A DNA stretch of 64,000 nucleotides from Bugula neritina (lineage: Eukaryota; Animalia; Bryozoa). Shown one piece after another: positions 12,973 to 29,770 of this stretch. How positions within the stretch are numbered: the first letter of the stretch is position 1; every line of letters begins with the position of its first letter. The notes beneath the pieces are model-generated. The model made no database searches. It saw nothing but the letters and a program-made list of their open reading frames with translations, and was not told the DNA's origin. The position numbers and the translations under genes were made by a program. Location: assembly GCA_964035545.1 (NCBI GenBank), contig OZ037772.1:10414818-10478817 (forward strand), read 5' to 3'.

Positions 12973-14526
12973 TTATTGACCAATAAAAGTTTGTGAAATG
13001 CCGTGCACTTCCACTTCATATATATTTAAATATGTTGTTGCATCAAACAGAATCTGAAAAAATCGGCCTCTGATTGGTTGTTTACAAGTAATCAGGGTGT
13101 AGAATTGGTTAAGAACTCCATCATGGTAGTAACACAGTACTTCAGGGTTTGTTCCAGTAAATTCTATCTCTTCTTCTGTCATAGCAACTGTAACCTCAGC
13201 ATTCAAAGATCTTTGCCAGTATGTAGTAGAACCAGCTGAAATAACAATAAACTGCAGGTACAAATATGATTACAATCTTAAATCTTATTTTATTGTGAAT
13301 TAAAAAAATGCATTATTTATATAACAATGTAAGTTTGCAAAGTGCGTGAGTGTGTGTGCGTGGGTGTGTGTGCATGGGTGTGTGTGCGTGCGTGGGTGTG
13401 CGTGGGTGTGTTTGCGTGGGTGTGTGTGCGTGGGTTTGTGTGCGTGGGTGTGTGCGTGTGTGTGTGCGTGTGCGTGGGTGTGTGCGTGTGTGTGTGCGTG
13501 TGAGTGTGTGTGTGTGTGCGTGGGTTTGTGTGCGTGGCAATAAAGTATGACGAAGCATTAGAGATTGATCACCAGTATACCAACTGCAACAGAACTCACT
13601 ATTAGCTCTGTTGAGAATGTTGACAGCCCAGACACAGTAAACATCAACCAGATCCACCCTCCACCAGGGTCTATACTCCCGCTTGCTATGAGCCATAGAT
13701 ACATAGTTGCCACTGCTAGAGTAAATACCATCTACAGCTTTTGATGCATCATATCGTGCTGAATCAAAATCACTTGATAATTTCGCTGCCTTTCCTACAA
13801 TAGTTTATTATAAAGACTTGGTAGACACTAGAATATGAACAAGTGAAACCAATTCAATGCATATTTTAACCAGATTCAAGATAGAGCTAGCAAATAGAAA
13901 ATAATATAGAAGCTCCAAATATCATAACAATTATTCAATTTTAGAATCATTATTCACTAAAGTTTTTAAACTATGTTCATAAACTTTAGTAATCGCAATA
14001 ATTCTTCAATTTATCCAATACCACAACTATTTATACACTAAAATCTGTAAATATTATTACTCACCTCTTGCCAGTAACTTATCGTGCTGTGAAATAACTC
14101 TTTCTGGAATGTAAAAGAAGTAATCAGAAATTAATTCTGTCCAATTAGCAAACAGTTGAGGATTAACACATCTCTGCAGATAGCATCTTTTAGATTCATC
14201 ATAAATCACCCCCTGGCACTCCTCACCATTGGCACACTTAACCAGGCATGTTTCAACAGATTGACTGAATGTTGATTCACCTGTCATGTAGTCTAATACT
14301 GACACGTTTTCTGGTACACTGTATTTTTTGAATCTGTCAGTTTGGCCAGCAACTATAAGAGGTATCACAAGGTGCACTGTAAATGATAAAATATTTAAAT
14401 AAGTAATTGCATAAACAACAAAACTCGGACACTAGTTATATTGATAAAGTCAAACCAATTATGCATGCTTGTAAATCATATAATATAAAACTTACCTAAC
14501 CAATATATCTTGAGAAAAGAAATCAT
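12973..14526 (-). CDS. Secreted PAN/apple + F-type lectin domain protein, paralog D
   Basis: Exons 14526-14496 ([10 protein letters not shown]), 14376-14065 (PAN), 13794-13600 ([34 protein letters not shown]) and 13235-12973. Confidence 0.85.
13343..13537. repeat. Compound (GT)n/(GTGC/GTGG) microsatellite in intron 3 of paralog D
   Basis: Read directly from the sequence. Confidence 0.95.
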
Positions 14527-15619
14527 ATTTATGATCCTTCTTATAAACTAGGTTTCAATCCGACCAAATGTTATATATAAATGTGAGCTCATTTTACATT
14601 CCACCAGATTATGGGTGCTGTATAGTTTTCCGCCTGTCCTCGAATAACAAAAAGTAAATAAGGTTAAAAGGAAATCGCATTGGAATTCATCATATTATTT
14701 GATTTCTAGTTCAATGAGCACTCACTGACTAATTGTAATATTCTATAGCTTATAAATTATGCAGCAATAAAGTATATTGATCATATTGCATTGCAGTTAT
14801 AATATACATCATTTTAAATAAAGATGTCAGTTAAAATTAAACAACTTAATAGGTTTTATAATTCATATAATTTCTATAATATATACAGTCAATATGATAT
14901 ATTCTTATAACATATTTTATCTTCTTTCAATATTTTCAAAGCTCAAAATATTTCTTGCTTTCTCAAATGCAGAAAATTTGATGAATAGCTTTATGTAATT
15001 TCTTATTAAAACTGTTTTGCTTAAATATTTTTCTATAGCTCTATGATAATATTGGCGTGGAGAGTTTGACTTATTTATAACTTCACTCGGTACTAGTCTA
15101 TTGTTGGTTAGAACAACTAGAGAAAATTGGTTTACTTATTTGTTTCAATTACTTGGCTTGTATATCAGGTTATTGCAGCTTCTGTCACCATTTGGAATTA
15201 AAGTTAAGCCTCCGTGCTTCACAGTTTGAGATTCTGAGCTGAGCATCTACTAGTACGCCATAAGACATTTCGGATTTACTCGCATGTTTATATCACTTTT
15301 CCTTTAATTATTCTATTCAATATACAGGGTGCTCTGTCTACTTTATTAGGGCATTGGCAAAGTTATTGTATTCTGTGTTTTACAGTTATCCTATTCAATG
15401 TGCAATTTTTATCTCTTAATTCATTAGAACTTTGTTTTATAATACATAGAGTTGGTAAAGTTATATGTACTTATGAGCACTTTTGTGCAAATCGTTTTGA
15501 GTTTAGACTTCATTTGTATGTGTCAAAACATAAAAATACACATTGACATTCTAATTGTTAAAGCAGGTAAGAATTTATATAGCAGGCATTTTGCTTTAAG
15601 TTAATCAATATTGAAAAAT

Positions 15620-16062
15620 TTATTGACCATTAAAAGTTTGTGAAACTCCTTGGACTTCCACTTCATATAAGTTTAAAGGAGTTGTAGCATTGAACAGAAC
15701 CTGAACAAAACGACCTCTGATTGGTTGTTTACAAGTAGCCAGGGTGTAGTATTGGTTAAGAACTCCATCATGGTAATAACACAGGACATCAGGGTTTGTT
15801 CCAGTAAATTCTATCTTTTCTTTTGTCATAGCGACTGTAACCTCAGCATTCAAAGATCTTTGCCAGTATGTAGTAGAACCAGCTGAAATAACAATAAACT
15901 GCAGGTACAAATATGATTACAATCTTAAATCTTATTTTATTGTGAATATTAAAAAATGCATTATTTATATAACAATGTAAGTTTGCAAAGTGCGTGAGTG
16001 TGTGTGCGTGAGTGTGTGTGCGTGGGTGTGTAAGCGTGGGTTTGTGTGCGTGGGTGTGTGTG

Positions 16063-16103
<41 letters not shown>

Positions 16104-16111
16104 GCGTGTGC

Positions 16112-16158
<47 letters not shown>

Positions 16159-17554
16159 TGTAAGCGTGGGTTTGTGTGCGTGGGTTTGTGTGCGTGGGTT
16201 TGTGTGCGTGGGTGTGTGTGCGTGAGTGTGTATGCGTGGGTGTGAGTGTGCGTGTGTGTGTGCGTGTGAGTGTGCGTGTGTGTGCGTGGGTTTATGTGCG
16301 TGGGTTTGTGTGCGTGGGTTTGTGTGCGTGGGTTTGTGTGCGTGGGTGTGTGTGCGTGGGTGTGTGTGTGCGTGTGTGAGTGCGTGTGAGGGCGTGTGAG
16401 TGCGTGTGAGTGCGTGTGAGTGCGTGTGTGTGCGTGTGTGTGCGTGTGTGTGCGTGTGTGTGCGTGTGTGTGCGTGTGTGTGCGTGTGTGTGAGTGTGTG
16501 TGCGTGTGTGTGCGTGTGTGTGTGTGTGTGTGTGCGTGGGTTTGTGTGCGTGGCAGTAAACTATGACGAAGCATTAGAGATTGATCACCAGCTAGTATAC
16601 CAACTGCAACAAAACTCACTACCAGCTCTGTTAAGAATGTTGACAGCCCAGACACAGTAAACATCAACCAGATCCACCCTCCACCAGGGTCTGTACTCCC
16701 GCTTGCTATGAGCCATAGATACAAAGTTGCCACTGCTAGAGTAAATACCATCTACAGCTTTTGAGGCATCATATCGTGCTGAATCAAAATCACTTGATAG
16801 TTTTGCTGCCTTTCCTACAATAGTTTATTATAAAGACTTGGTAGACGCTAGAATGAAAAGTTCATTTAATGCATATTTCAACCAGATTCAAGATAGAGCT
16901 AGCAGACAAAAATAATATAGATGCTGTAAACTTTAGAATCATTATTCACTTAAGTTTTTGAACTATGTTCATAAACTTTAGTAATCGCAATAATTCTTCA
17001 ATTTATCCAATACCACAACTATTTATACACTAAACTCTATAAATATTATTACTCACCTCTTGCCAGTAACTTATTGTGTTGTGAAATAACTCTTTCTGAA
17101 ATGTAGAAGAAGTAATCAGAAAATAGTTCTGTCCAATTAGCAAACAGTTGAGGATTCACACATTTCTGCAGATGGCATCTTTTAGATTCATCATAAACCA
17201 TCCCCTGGCACTCTTCATCATTGACGCACTTAACCAGACAGCTTTCAACAGATTGACTGAATGTTGATTCACCTGTCATGTAGTCTAAGACTGACATATT
17301 TTCTGGTACACTGTATCTTTGGTATCTGTCAGTTTGGCCAGCAACTATGACAGGTATCACAAGGTGCACTGCAACCAATAAAATCTTTCAATATGAGTGA
17401 AAATATAAAAGATTGTAACAAATACTATAAACAGTTGCATATGCACAACAAAGCCAGACAGTTATTTTGATAAACAAGTAAAACTGATGCATGTGCTTGT
17501 AAGTCATGTGATGTAAAACTTACCTAACCAATATCTCCCGAGGAAAGAAGTCAT
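15620..17554 (-). CDS. Secreted PAN/apple + F-type lectin domain protein, paralog E
   Basis: Exons 17554-17524 ([10 protein letters not shown]), 17368-17057, 16814-16620 and 15882-15620. Open frame and canonical splice sites. Confidence 0.85.
15990..16553. repeat. Expanded compound (GT)n microsatellite in intron 3 of paralog E
   Basis: Same flanks as the D tract but about three times longer. Confidence 0.95.
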
Positions 17555-18671
17555 CTTTATGATCCTTCTTATAAGCTAGATTTCATTCCGACCAAATGTT
17601 ATATAAATGTGAGCTCATTTCACATTCCCCAAGCTATGGGTGCATAATTTTTCCGCCTGTCCTTGTATAACAAAAAGTAGAAAAAGTTTAAAGGAAATCG
17701 CATTAAGGTTCATTATATTATTTGATTTCTAGTCCAACGAGCACTCACTGACCAATTGTAATATTCTTTAGCTTATTAATTATGCAGCAATAAAGTATAT
17801 TGATCTTATAACATTGCAGTTATAATATACATCATTTTAAATAAAGATATCAGTTAAAATTAAACAACTTAATAGGTTTTATAGTTCATATAATTTCTAT
17901 AATATATACAGGCAATATGTTATATTTTTAAAACATATTTTATCTTCCTCCAATATTTTCAAAGCACAAAATATTCCTTACTTTCTCAAATGCAGAAAGC
18001 TTGATAAACAGCTTTATGTAATTTTTTATTGAAACTGTTTTATTGCTTAAATATTTTTCTAGCTCTATGATAATATTGGCGTGGAGAGTTTGACTCATTT
18101 ATAAATTCACTTGGTAGGCCCTACTAGTCTATTGTTGGTTAGAATAGCAAGAGAAAATTGGTTTACTTATTTGTTTCAATTACTTGGCTTGTGTATCAGG
18201 TTATTGCAGCTTCTGTCACCATTTGGAATTAAAGTTAAGCCTCTGGGTGAGAGCATTTGTCCGGTAGTGCTTCACATTTTGAGCTGAGCATTTACTAGTA
18301 TATGCCATGAGACATTCCGGATTTACTCAGATTCTTATATATAATCTCATTTTCCTTGATTATTCTATTCAGTGTACAGCATGCCCGTTCTGTTTTGTTA
18401 GGGCATTGGCAAAGTTAGTGTATTCTGTGTTTTACAGTTATCCTATTCAATGTGCAGTTTGTATCTTTTAATTTATTAGAACTTTGTTTTATAGTGCATG
18501 AAGTTGGTAAAGTTATATGTACTTACAAGCAGCTTTCACTCAATTCGTTTTGAGTTTAGACTTTATTTTTATGGGTCAAAACATAACAATACACATTGAC
18601 ATTTTAATTGTTAAAGCAGGTAGAAATTGATACAGCAGGCATTTTTCCTAAGTTAATCAATATTGAAAAAT

Positions 18672-20730
<2,059 letters not shown>

Positions 20731-21149
20731 ATTTTTAACCCACAGTACCCTATAAACTCTGTTTACATCTAAATGTAACTGTAAAACTTAATCTATTGAA
20801 ATCTGCACTTTGAGTTCTCTGCTTGTCAGCTTAATGTAACAGAAAGTCAATAAAGTTGAGAAGAAATAGCACTAGGTTTGACATCATTTCAACTCTAATT
20901 CAATGAATACTTATTGATCAATTATAGTATTAGGCTATATAAATTACAACTTATGCAGTAATGAAGTATGTTGATCATAACTTTACAACTACATGGGATA
21001 TTTAAAATGCAAATTAAAGTTCAACAGCTTATTGGGTTTTATAGTTGATTAGCTAGGCTAAGTCACTCATTATTATTTATAAACTAATATTTTTGGTCCT
21101 GCGTTGATATATATATAAGTTTATTTTTATATCCAAAATTGTATTAGTA

Positions 21150-21412
<263 letters not shown>

Positions 21413-21748
21413 TAATGTGTGAAAATATTTGATATATAATTTATAATGAAATTATATTATATATATAACATATTTACATTATGTGTCCCTATTTTTCAAA
21501 AAAAATCTATTGCAACTTTTGCAAACCTTTTTTTAGCATGATGCGTATCACTTATGCAACTCAGAAGAGTTTAGCCTTTGATCAGAACTAATGCAAATAT
21601 TGCATTGTGAGATGCATAGATTGTGCTAGGAAAGTAAGAGAAGCAAGGCTGTAAGATGAGATTCATGAGAACCATCAGCTTTTTGGTATATTAATTGATA
21701 TGTCTATTGACTCAGTGTAAAGCCAACACTTAGCAAAGAGACTTAGCC

Positions 21749-24700
21749 ATGTTGAGAACGCTTCTGGTAGCTGCTCTATTTGGAGCCTGTATAGGTAAGA
21801 AACTATACTTTTAGATTCTAATAATTCTCTCAATTGTTTTAAGTTTGTACCAAATTATAAAAGCAGCTGTTGTTTTTTATATGAGAATAGACAGCAATAT
21901 GAGATATTGTGTGGGAGTAGAGAGCTGTTGAGAAAAGCCACTGTTCTATAAGATGCGTATCAAAATACACTCTATCGAGAACTTTGCCCACAGTTCAAAC
22001 TGACATGCAAGTTGAAAATATTGACAAACTTAGGCTATTGAACTTTTATTTTCCTGCACCTGAATAATTAGCAGTATACAGTCTGTTTTCATAAAAAATC
22101 AATGTAATGGCTTGAATTTTATGTGCATAAGAAATACATATAATTATATCATGATACAACAATCACGTTAATAATTTTAATATATAACTCATAATTGCAT
22201 GTGGTGCATATCTCACCATATTCTAGTACAGTGTGATGCATATGATTACAGGTTGGCTGTTCAACAGAGAGGTCTGTTATGGAGACTTAGGCTGCTTTGA
22301 CACACAAACTATTAGGTCACTGTCTCGACCAATTGTATTGCTGCCAAATGAACCTACTAAGATTGGAACCCGTTTCTTTCTGTACACCAGGTGAGGGCAA
22401 AGTTCAATGCTCAGAGTTAGTTTCAGAGTTTGAATCAAATCAGTGGAAACTTCTTTAGTTAAACCAGCAAGTTTATATCTAATATTTTACCAAAAGAATC
22501 TTTAGGTTAGCATACAAAAATATTAGAAAAACTTTAAAGCAAAACAGTAAAAATTACATTTGAGAGGTTACCATTCATCAATTCTTTTGCACATTTTATC
22601 AAATTGGAAAACAGCCATTAGCAATTTTTTATTTTAATAAAATATTCTGAAAACTTATAAATGTCTTAATTGAGAGCATATTTTCTCTGGCAAAGAAAAG
22701 CAAAATTATTTTTCGAATGTATTATGCAAGGTGTTTCGCAATGTAGGCAGAATATTTCAATGCGAAAACCTATATCCTGCGTATAACAAAAGTTTAAAAT
22801 GATAAAAAGAAATAACTTTAACAAGCAGATGAATTTAATTTGCAGCACTATTTTATAAATTTATTATAGTTTGTGCAAAAGCTATAGACCACTGCATACA
22901 GCTACAATAGCTTTTTGTATATTAGGAAAAGCTCAAACTATTAAAAACTTGACTGCATAAAGTTATAATAATGAATTTTACTAACACTTGCTATCAATTA
23001 CTTGTTATATGTACTGTAAGTTATATGGTATATATGCAAATTATATGCTAGAACATTCACATTACGATGTAATTTCAGGGAAAACCCAGCTATAAGTGAT
23101 GAGCAAGAGCTGTCAAGAAAAGTGGACACAACTCTCTCTACTTCCTCCTTCAGAGCGTCCAGACCCACTAAGATCATTATCCATGGCTTCACTCACAGCG
23201 CACATGAGCCTTGGGTCCAGAAAATGAAGGATGAACTGCTCAAAAATGTAAGATTTTAACCAGTGCTTTTATAAACCTGAGGCAATAACTAACTATAATT
23301 TTTGAGCTGCCTGTGAAAAGCAAATAGGTTAATATATAATGAGAGCATGGTAAAATAGTAATATAAAGCAGTGTTCTTAACATAGAAATGCATTATTCTG
23401 AACGAAAAAATATGTAAACAGCTAATATTAAGTAACAGCAATAAATTGCTGTAGTTTTTTCTCATATTGTCACATTGGCAACACTAGTTGAAATTAAGTC
23501 TTCAAACAAAGGAAAAATTCTTTTTATAAAATGTAAAATCGTAAAAGGGTTAAAATTTGCAACAATTTATTTTTAGAAAAGTGATATCAGCTCTTAATAA
23601 ATTAACATGACCTAAAATTTCACTATTCGTATTTGCAGTGCATGCTGTGCTTGAAATTTTATAAGCTTTAGTCTGCTATACATGATTATAGGTGCTTGTA
23701 ATAGTCTGTTATATATGCGTTTTATAATAGGCAGTTAACCCCCCTTTCTCTTTGCAAATGATTTGCAGCTCTGAACTGAAACGTTGTATTATAGTAGATT
23801 ATTTCATTGAGCATAATGTGGCCACATATGGCAATATGGTTACATAAGAACTCAAAATATTACTTAGCTTGCAACTTAGGTATAGAGAAAGCATCTATTG
23901 GCTAAATTATAAGCCTTTGGAGAGTAAATGTATGCAAAAATACAATAAACCAACATGTGACAAATTAATTTTAAATAATTACAATGCTACTAATAACATA
24001 TTACTATAATGCTCAATATATACTGTTCACAAAATTTTTGCTTTTAGCTCAAAAATATAATTCTTTTTATTGTGAAAATTAAATCTAATTTAGGTTTTTT
24101 ATGCTAAAAAGCTAAACGTCTGTACAATGTAAAAAGCAATATCTAAATAAACTCTTCTTGGATATCAAACATGCAGGCTGACATGAACGTCATCGCGGTC
24201 GACTGGCGAAATGGTGCCGGATTCCCCTACACCCAAGCAACCGCCAACATCCGGGTTGTTGCTGCCGAACTAACGAAGCTGATAGAGTTCCTGATGGCCG
24301 AGAATCCGTCTATGAAATCAGAGGACATTCACATGATTGGTCACTCTCTGGGAGCTCACTGTGCTGGAGAAGTCGGCACGAAGATCAAAGGAATTGGCAG
24401 AATCTCCGGTAAGTTTATTGAACTACACTAACCAGCTTTTTCTAAGCAACTGGAGGTCAAGCTGACTTTATTAAATGTATTTAAACTTGTTTTTTTAATT
24501 ACTTTTATGATACAATTATACATCTACTAGTTATCTCATACTATTGCTTCTATTTACGTGCAGTAGATAGAGGAAATGAAGTCGTCTAAGTTTTCTAATT
24601 TCCTTAATAAATTGTGGTTTGGGTAGCGGCTTTAAATTCGCACAAGAACTTAACTCCCTTTGCCACATTTCCAATCTAGAACACAACCTTTTCTCAATTT

Positions 24701-27380
24701 TCTTATTACTGTATTTGCTTACTTTCATTAAACAGGGCTGGATCCAGCAGAGCCCTACTTTGAGGGGGCGGTGGAGGCAGTACGTCTGGAGCCAAGAGAC
24801 GCAGAGTTTGTTGACATCATCCACACAGATGGCAGTGCTTTCCTCAACTCTCTGGGCATGGGCTACAGGAGCTCCATCGGCCATGTTGATTTCTACCCAA
24901 ATGGTGGCGCCGAACAACCAGGATGTGAGAAAACAGTTCTGAGCAGGTTGACCTCCAGCGCTGCCAGCGGACTTACCAGTGGAACCGAAGGTATTCAATT
25001 TGCTGCCATTTTGTGGAAACTGCTTTATATAGTATCTTCATTTTTTTTTCAATCCTCTCCTTGCTGTGATTGGTTCATATATTCTTTCAGTAAACAAGTT
25101 AAGTTCTGGTATATAAACTTATTGGATTCAATCCTGTTCAATGCAGTTGAGTATTGTTATACATAAAAATATATTATATTCAAAAGTTTTTACTAAAACA
25201 TCGTAATTGCTTTAATTGTGCTTGATAAAACATTGATTATAAGCTAAACAAAGTACAACTAAATTTAACACAAAATTTATTAGCATTAAAGCAAGATTCT
25301 CAAATTTTCAAGTCATGTACACGTTGGCATTGGTACAAAAGTTATTACGGCTTCTCTAAAAACTTGTCTATATATTTTTCTTTTTTGAATGTTGAATGCT
25401 TCTTGTTTGAAAACATCAAGGCTATAAAACACAACATAATTATTTACAAAGTCAAAATTTTCTCCTATGTGTTACCATTTAACCTATAATATGCAAATGC
25501 AGTGCTAAGTTTAACGAGTGGTCCAGCAGTGTAATGGTTAGCATACCTGCTTGTGCAAATCAAAGGTATCGGGTTCAAATCCCAGTTGGGGCAGTTTTCT
25601 TATAGCAAATTCATTTAATAAGAATATGCATACCTATAAATAAACTCACTCACTCCCACAAATTTATATTAAACCATCCTTGTGAGAAACCCCTGCTGGA
25701 AAGGATTTTTGTTAAAGTGGGTGAAGGACAATTATTTAAATGAGGCACAGGAGCAATTATGACTAGATGCTCTTCCTAAAATCACCAATGGCCTTTGTCT
25801 GGTTGAACCCATGACTTCGTGTTTACTATATAGGCAAATGCCCTAACCCCTAGACCGCGGCTGCTCCCTAATAAAGATACTTTTAAATGATATTGTTTTA
25901 CTATTGCAGGATTGAAGAACACATTTGCGTGCAGCCACAACAAAGCATATGACTATTTCACAGAGTCTATCAACAGCGACTGTCCCTTCCTTGCTTACCC
26001 CTGTCAAAGCTACGACAAATTTACCGCTGCACAATGTCTGGACTGTAGTAACGGGAAATGTGGCTTCATGGGATATCATGCCCCAGAATCCTCAGCTAGA
26101 GGAGACTTCTACTTGCTGACCAATCAGAAAGGACAATCACCTCAGTGTAGTAAGTTATAATTATATACTATACTAGCTAATATTTCATTGTCATTACTCA
26201 ATGCAATTGCTGGCCATTTCAGTACTTAATGCATTTACTAGTCATGCATCATTGTTACTCAATGCATTCATTAGCAATTATCATTACCCAATGCATTAAC
26301 TACTCATTGTCATTATCATTAGTGTAGTAGTCATTACTTTAATAACCATAGCAGAATGGATTGAAAAGCAAACTTTTGGTTAAAGATTTGTCTGTCGTTA
26401 TAAGCAGTGGTTGACAGATCAGTCTGTTAAACTGTTCACAGGAAGCTCTTCTGTAACTTGTACATACTGCTAGGAAAAAAGTGTCAAATATAAGGATGCT
26501 AGAAAATGTGGCTTTCAATATGGACAAAGTTGAACTTGAAAATCATGTGTATACCACTGATGGTCTTTTCGAATTGTTTATCAAAAGCTATTAATAGCAT
26601 GCACTTGGGTTCAGGAACATGATTACATGGTCAAAGTTCTTTCTTGCACAGTTTCCTGTTGAATACATGTTGACTATGATCTGCATGTTATCACTTCCTG
26701 GGAATACGACCACCTGTGAAGTTGCTTACGTGTATGTAGCTCTCACGTATACCATGCACGTGCCCCAACGCATGTGCTCAGCGCTTGCAACATAACATAA
26801 CATATTAGGCCTATTTATATATATACATTATATGCTTTGACATTTTTTTTCAATTCTAAACAACGGAGCTGTATAATATTCTATACATGCTGGGCTTGTT
26901 GTATTTTTGCTCTATAGCATTTTGTCTGAAGTATGGAAAGTAAACATAATATATCTAAGTTTGTTTTAAAAGAATAATGCTTTACTATAAGGTATACAAT
27001 TACCATAAATTAATTTTATTGACTCTTGACCATAAGTATTTCTCAAATCATACCATTAGCTCCAGAGAATAAAATATAATATCCTCTACGTGACTTAATT
27101 TATAGACTTCCATTACAAAGTGAGCGTAGCGGCTGGAGTGAGCACAGACAACGCTTATGGTATAATCAATGTGAAAATTATAGATGACACCAATACTACA
27201 TATGGACCATTCCCAATGACAGCGTATGTGTTTGCATTTATTGGTATAGCAGACAACTCTGAGTTGTCATTTTAGCCAATACTTTGATATGAGTTTATTA
27301 AAAACCCCAGCAAGAATCTTTATTAACTAATGATTGAATTCTCAACTTTATTATATGTAGCACGCAATATATGAAGATGT

Positions 27381-27464
<84 letters not shown>

Positions 27465-28177
27465 ATATATATATGATATATAATATATATTATATATATC
27501 GCACAGGGAGGGTGAGACCATCAAGCCAAAGACCGAGTTCACTAGAATGGTTACAACTTCCACTCCTATCGGAGACATTGTAGAGGTGGAGGTCACCTAC
27601 TCCAAGGTCGGCTGTACTCTCTGCCTCCTCTACTCTGACTTCTTCAGACTGCAGAAAGTAGACATCACTGGAGGAGAAGATCAAATAACGTAAGTTGTAA
27701 CGATCACTTTCATTGGCTTGCACCAGTCAGCACGAAATTGATTGGTCAATTATAGTTTTGACACAGAAAGAATAGGCATGACGTAATGAAACATGTTGGA
27801 TATAAACTTGACAACAAACTATATGTAGTTTTATTGAATGATCAGCAATTTGTGGAAGTGATTCGCGTCTTTGTACCATCAAAATTGTAATGTTACATAG
27901 AATAACCTTGGTTTAACAACAGCTTGCAATTTTCCTAAAGTAGGTCATTGTCAACTAGCAACCATCTCTACCTTGATACTACAGTGTAGAAGTATTGCTA
28001 CTGAAATAATTACAGGCCTAGTTTGACCTTCACCTATATAAATAGCGAAACCACATTACAAGAGATGATTCTGATATTTGTTATCTTTTTTGTAGGAGCA
28101 GATTTTGTGGCAAGAACACCAGCGTTGCTACGGGGCAGTTGAGGAAATTCCAAGCAGGCAAACTAAGTTCTTGCTAA
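21749..28177 (+). CDS. Pancreatic triacylglycerol lipase / pancreatic lipase-related protein (signal peptide, lipase domain, C-terminal PLAT-like domain)
   Basis: Nine exons: 21749-21794, 22252-22390 (EVCYGDLGCF..TRFFLYTR), 23079-23247 (KIIIHGF), 24177-24408 (NVIAVDW, GHSLG), 24736-24990 (GLDPA, FVDIIHTDG, GHVDFYPNGG.QPGC), 25910-26149 (CSH), 27106-27223, 27507-27689 and 28096-28177 (TAA). The Ser-Asp-His triad is intact. Confidence 0.93.
24555..24716 (+). mobile_element. Short MITE family (TIR about TAGGTGCAGTA), copy 1, degenerate
   Basis: Shares the core atctagaacaca..cttttctcaattt..ttactg with the copies at 38853-38997 and 56220-56379. Confidence 0.6.
25640..25868 (-). mobile_element. 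tRNA-derived SINE copy
   Basis: Reverse complement of the 32503 element (gggagcagccgcggtctaggggttagg ... ggccattggtga ... cataattgctcctgtgcctca). Confidence 0.8.
27385..27500. repeat. (TA)n microsatellite abutting the lipase exon 8 acceptor
   Basis: The (TA)n tract runs to within about 7 nt of the cgcacag acceptor at 27506. Confidence 0.9.
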
Positions 28178-29299
28178 AGAATGTAGGATAGCCAATCAGA
28201 ATGTTGTCTAGCTTGAAGACGAACCAATCAAAATGATCACTGGTTGACTCCAAAATTAAAACTTCATAGATTAAATGAAACAATGTATTTATTCATGAAT
28301 AAAATAAGGAAAGCACAACAAAGTATTATATTGGTGGCTATAAGATGAAAAACTGATGAATATCATTACATAGATGCTTGAGAGCAGTAGCTTTAAAACC
28401 ATTCTTCCTAAAATACTCTGTAGACGCTGATAAATTAAAACATGACTGTTTTAATTAACAGAAAGAACAAAAAAATTCTACAACAAATCATGAAAATACT
28501 GTTATTGCTAACTAATTACTAGTTACTAATGACTACATCTTCTTCACATATCTAGTTACTAGTAATTAATTAATAGTAATTAGTTATTAGTCACCTTTTA
28601 CCCTCGTGGTCCTGCTCGGGCGGATGGACTAGTAACCATATAAGTGAAGCGTATGTAGTAACTAGTAACTAGTAACTAGTAACTAGGGAGTAAATGGGGG
28701 AAGCACATAATATCAGACTATAGAACACAATATTTCATTATGTTGCATAAAATATACGAATCTGTAAAACACAAAGTTACGTAGAAGTATGGAACATTTC
28801 ATTGCGTAAAATATTCAGTAAATCAAGTATAAACATGTACACAACTGAGTAAAACAACAGTTGAAACAGACATTAGTTTTGATAATCATTTCTTGGTTAG
28901 CTGACTGACCAATCACAGACTTTCTTACAAATATACGACCATTCAATATACGCTACACATTCCTCACAAAATTTGCAAATATAACTGACCCGTACAATTT
29001 AAAATAAAGGAGAAACAAAACCTAGAACCTACTTGATATGAATGGCACAAAATAAGACGTCTGGGGTTAGTTGAAATATTACGCAACTTCTGATATGAAA
29101 ATGAAAAAGTAATAATTTTCTAATGGAAGAATAATCAAAAAGAAAACATGGTATGTGTTTAAAGTAGTATACTATAACATGAAACAGGATGTGATGTCAT
29201 AGCAGAGGTCTCAATGACTGGCAGTGATTCAGATCTATCAATTTTCTAAAGATAAAAATAGTAGCATTTATATAATAAAATTATAAGAGAAAGAGATGA

Positions 29300-29400
29300 G
29301 GGGCACCTGCAGAGAATGACAGAGCACCCGCAGAGAATGACAGAGCACCCACAAAGAGATGATAAGAGGACACCTGCAAATAGATGACAGAGCACTTGCT
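29300..29400. repeat. About 21-bp minisatellite (gagcacc(c/t)gcagagaatgaca)n
   Basis: Four to five degenerate units downstream of the nrf-6-like stop codon. Confidence 0.7.
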
Positions 29401-29770
29401 AGGACTAACCAGACATTTGCTCAGACTAAACAAGTGTCATAAACCCACATTAGCAGTCTGCTGCACTAGCACTACTGAAAACTTGATTCAATAAACTAAA
29501 CATAATTGAAGAAAAAAGACAGCTGTATTTCTACAACAATTCGCCCTAAACCATTATTTGCGGTGATAAAGATGGTTGGAAAAAATTAACCAAAAACTAT
29601 TCCGAAAGCTAGAAATCGCAACAGGAGTCTATAATTAAGATTGATTTTGCTTTTTTGCTACTAAAACAAGACCATCAACTAGCAACTGAATAATGCATTA
29701 GGATAGTATAAATAAATATAGTGTAACTGTTGTCATAGCAACGACCATACCAGAATTCTTCAGTAGCCAA

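Noticed and set aside
25517-25600. tRNA-like sequence with A/B boxes
   Set aside because: No convincing cloverleaf or acceptor stem; more likely the head of a second SINE or a tRNA pseudogene.
26660-26795. Possible solo LTR (TGTTG...CAACA) in a lipase intron
   Set aside because: Very short, no matching TSD and no second copy in the window.
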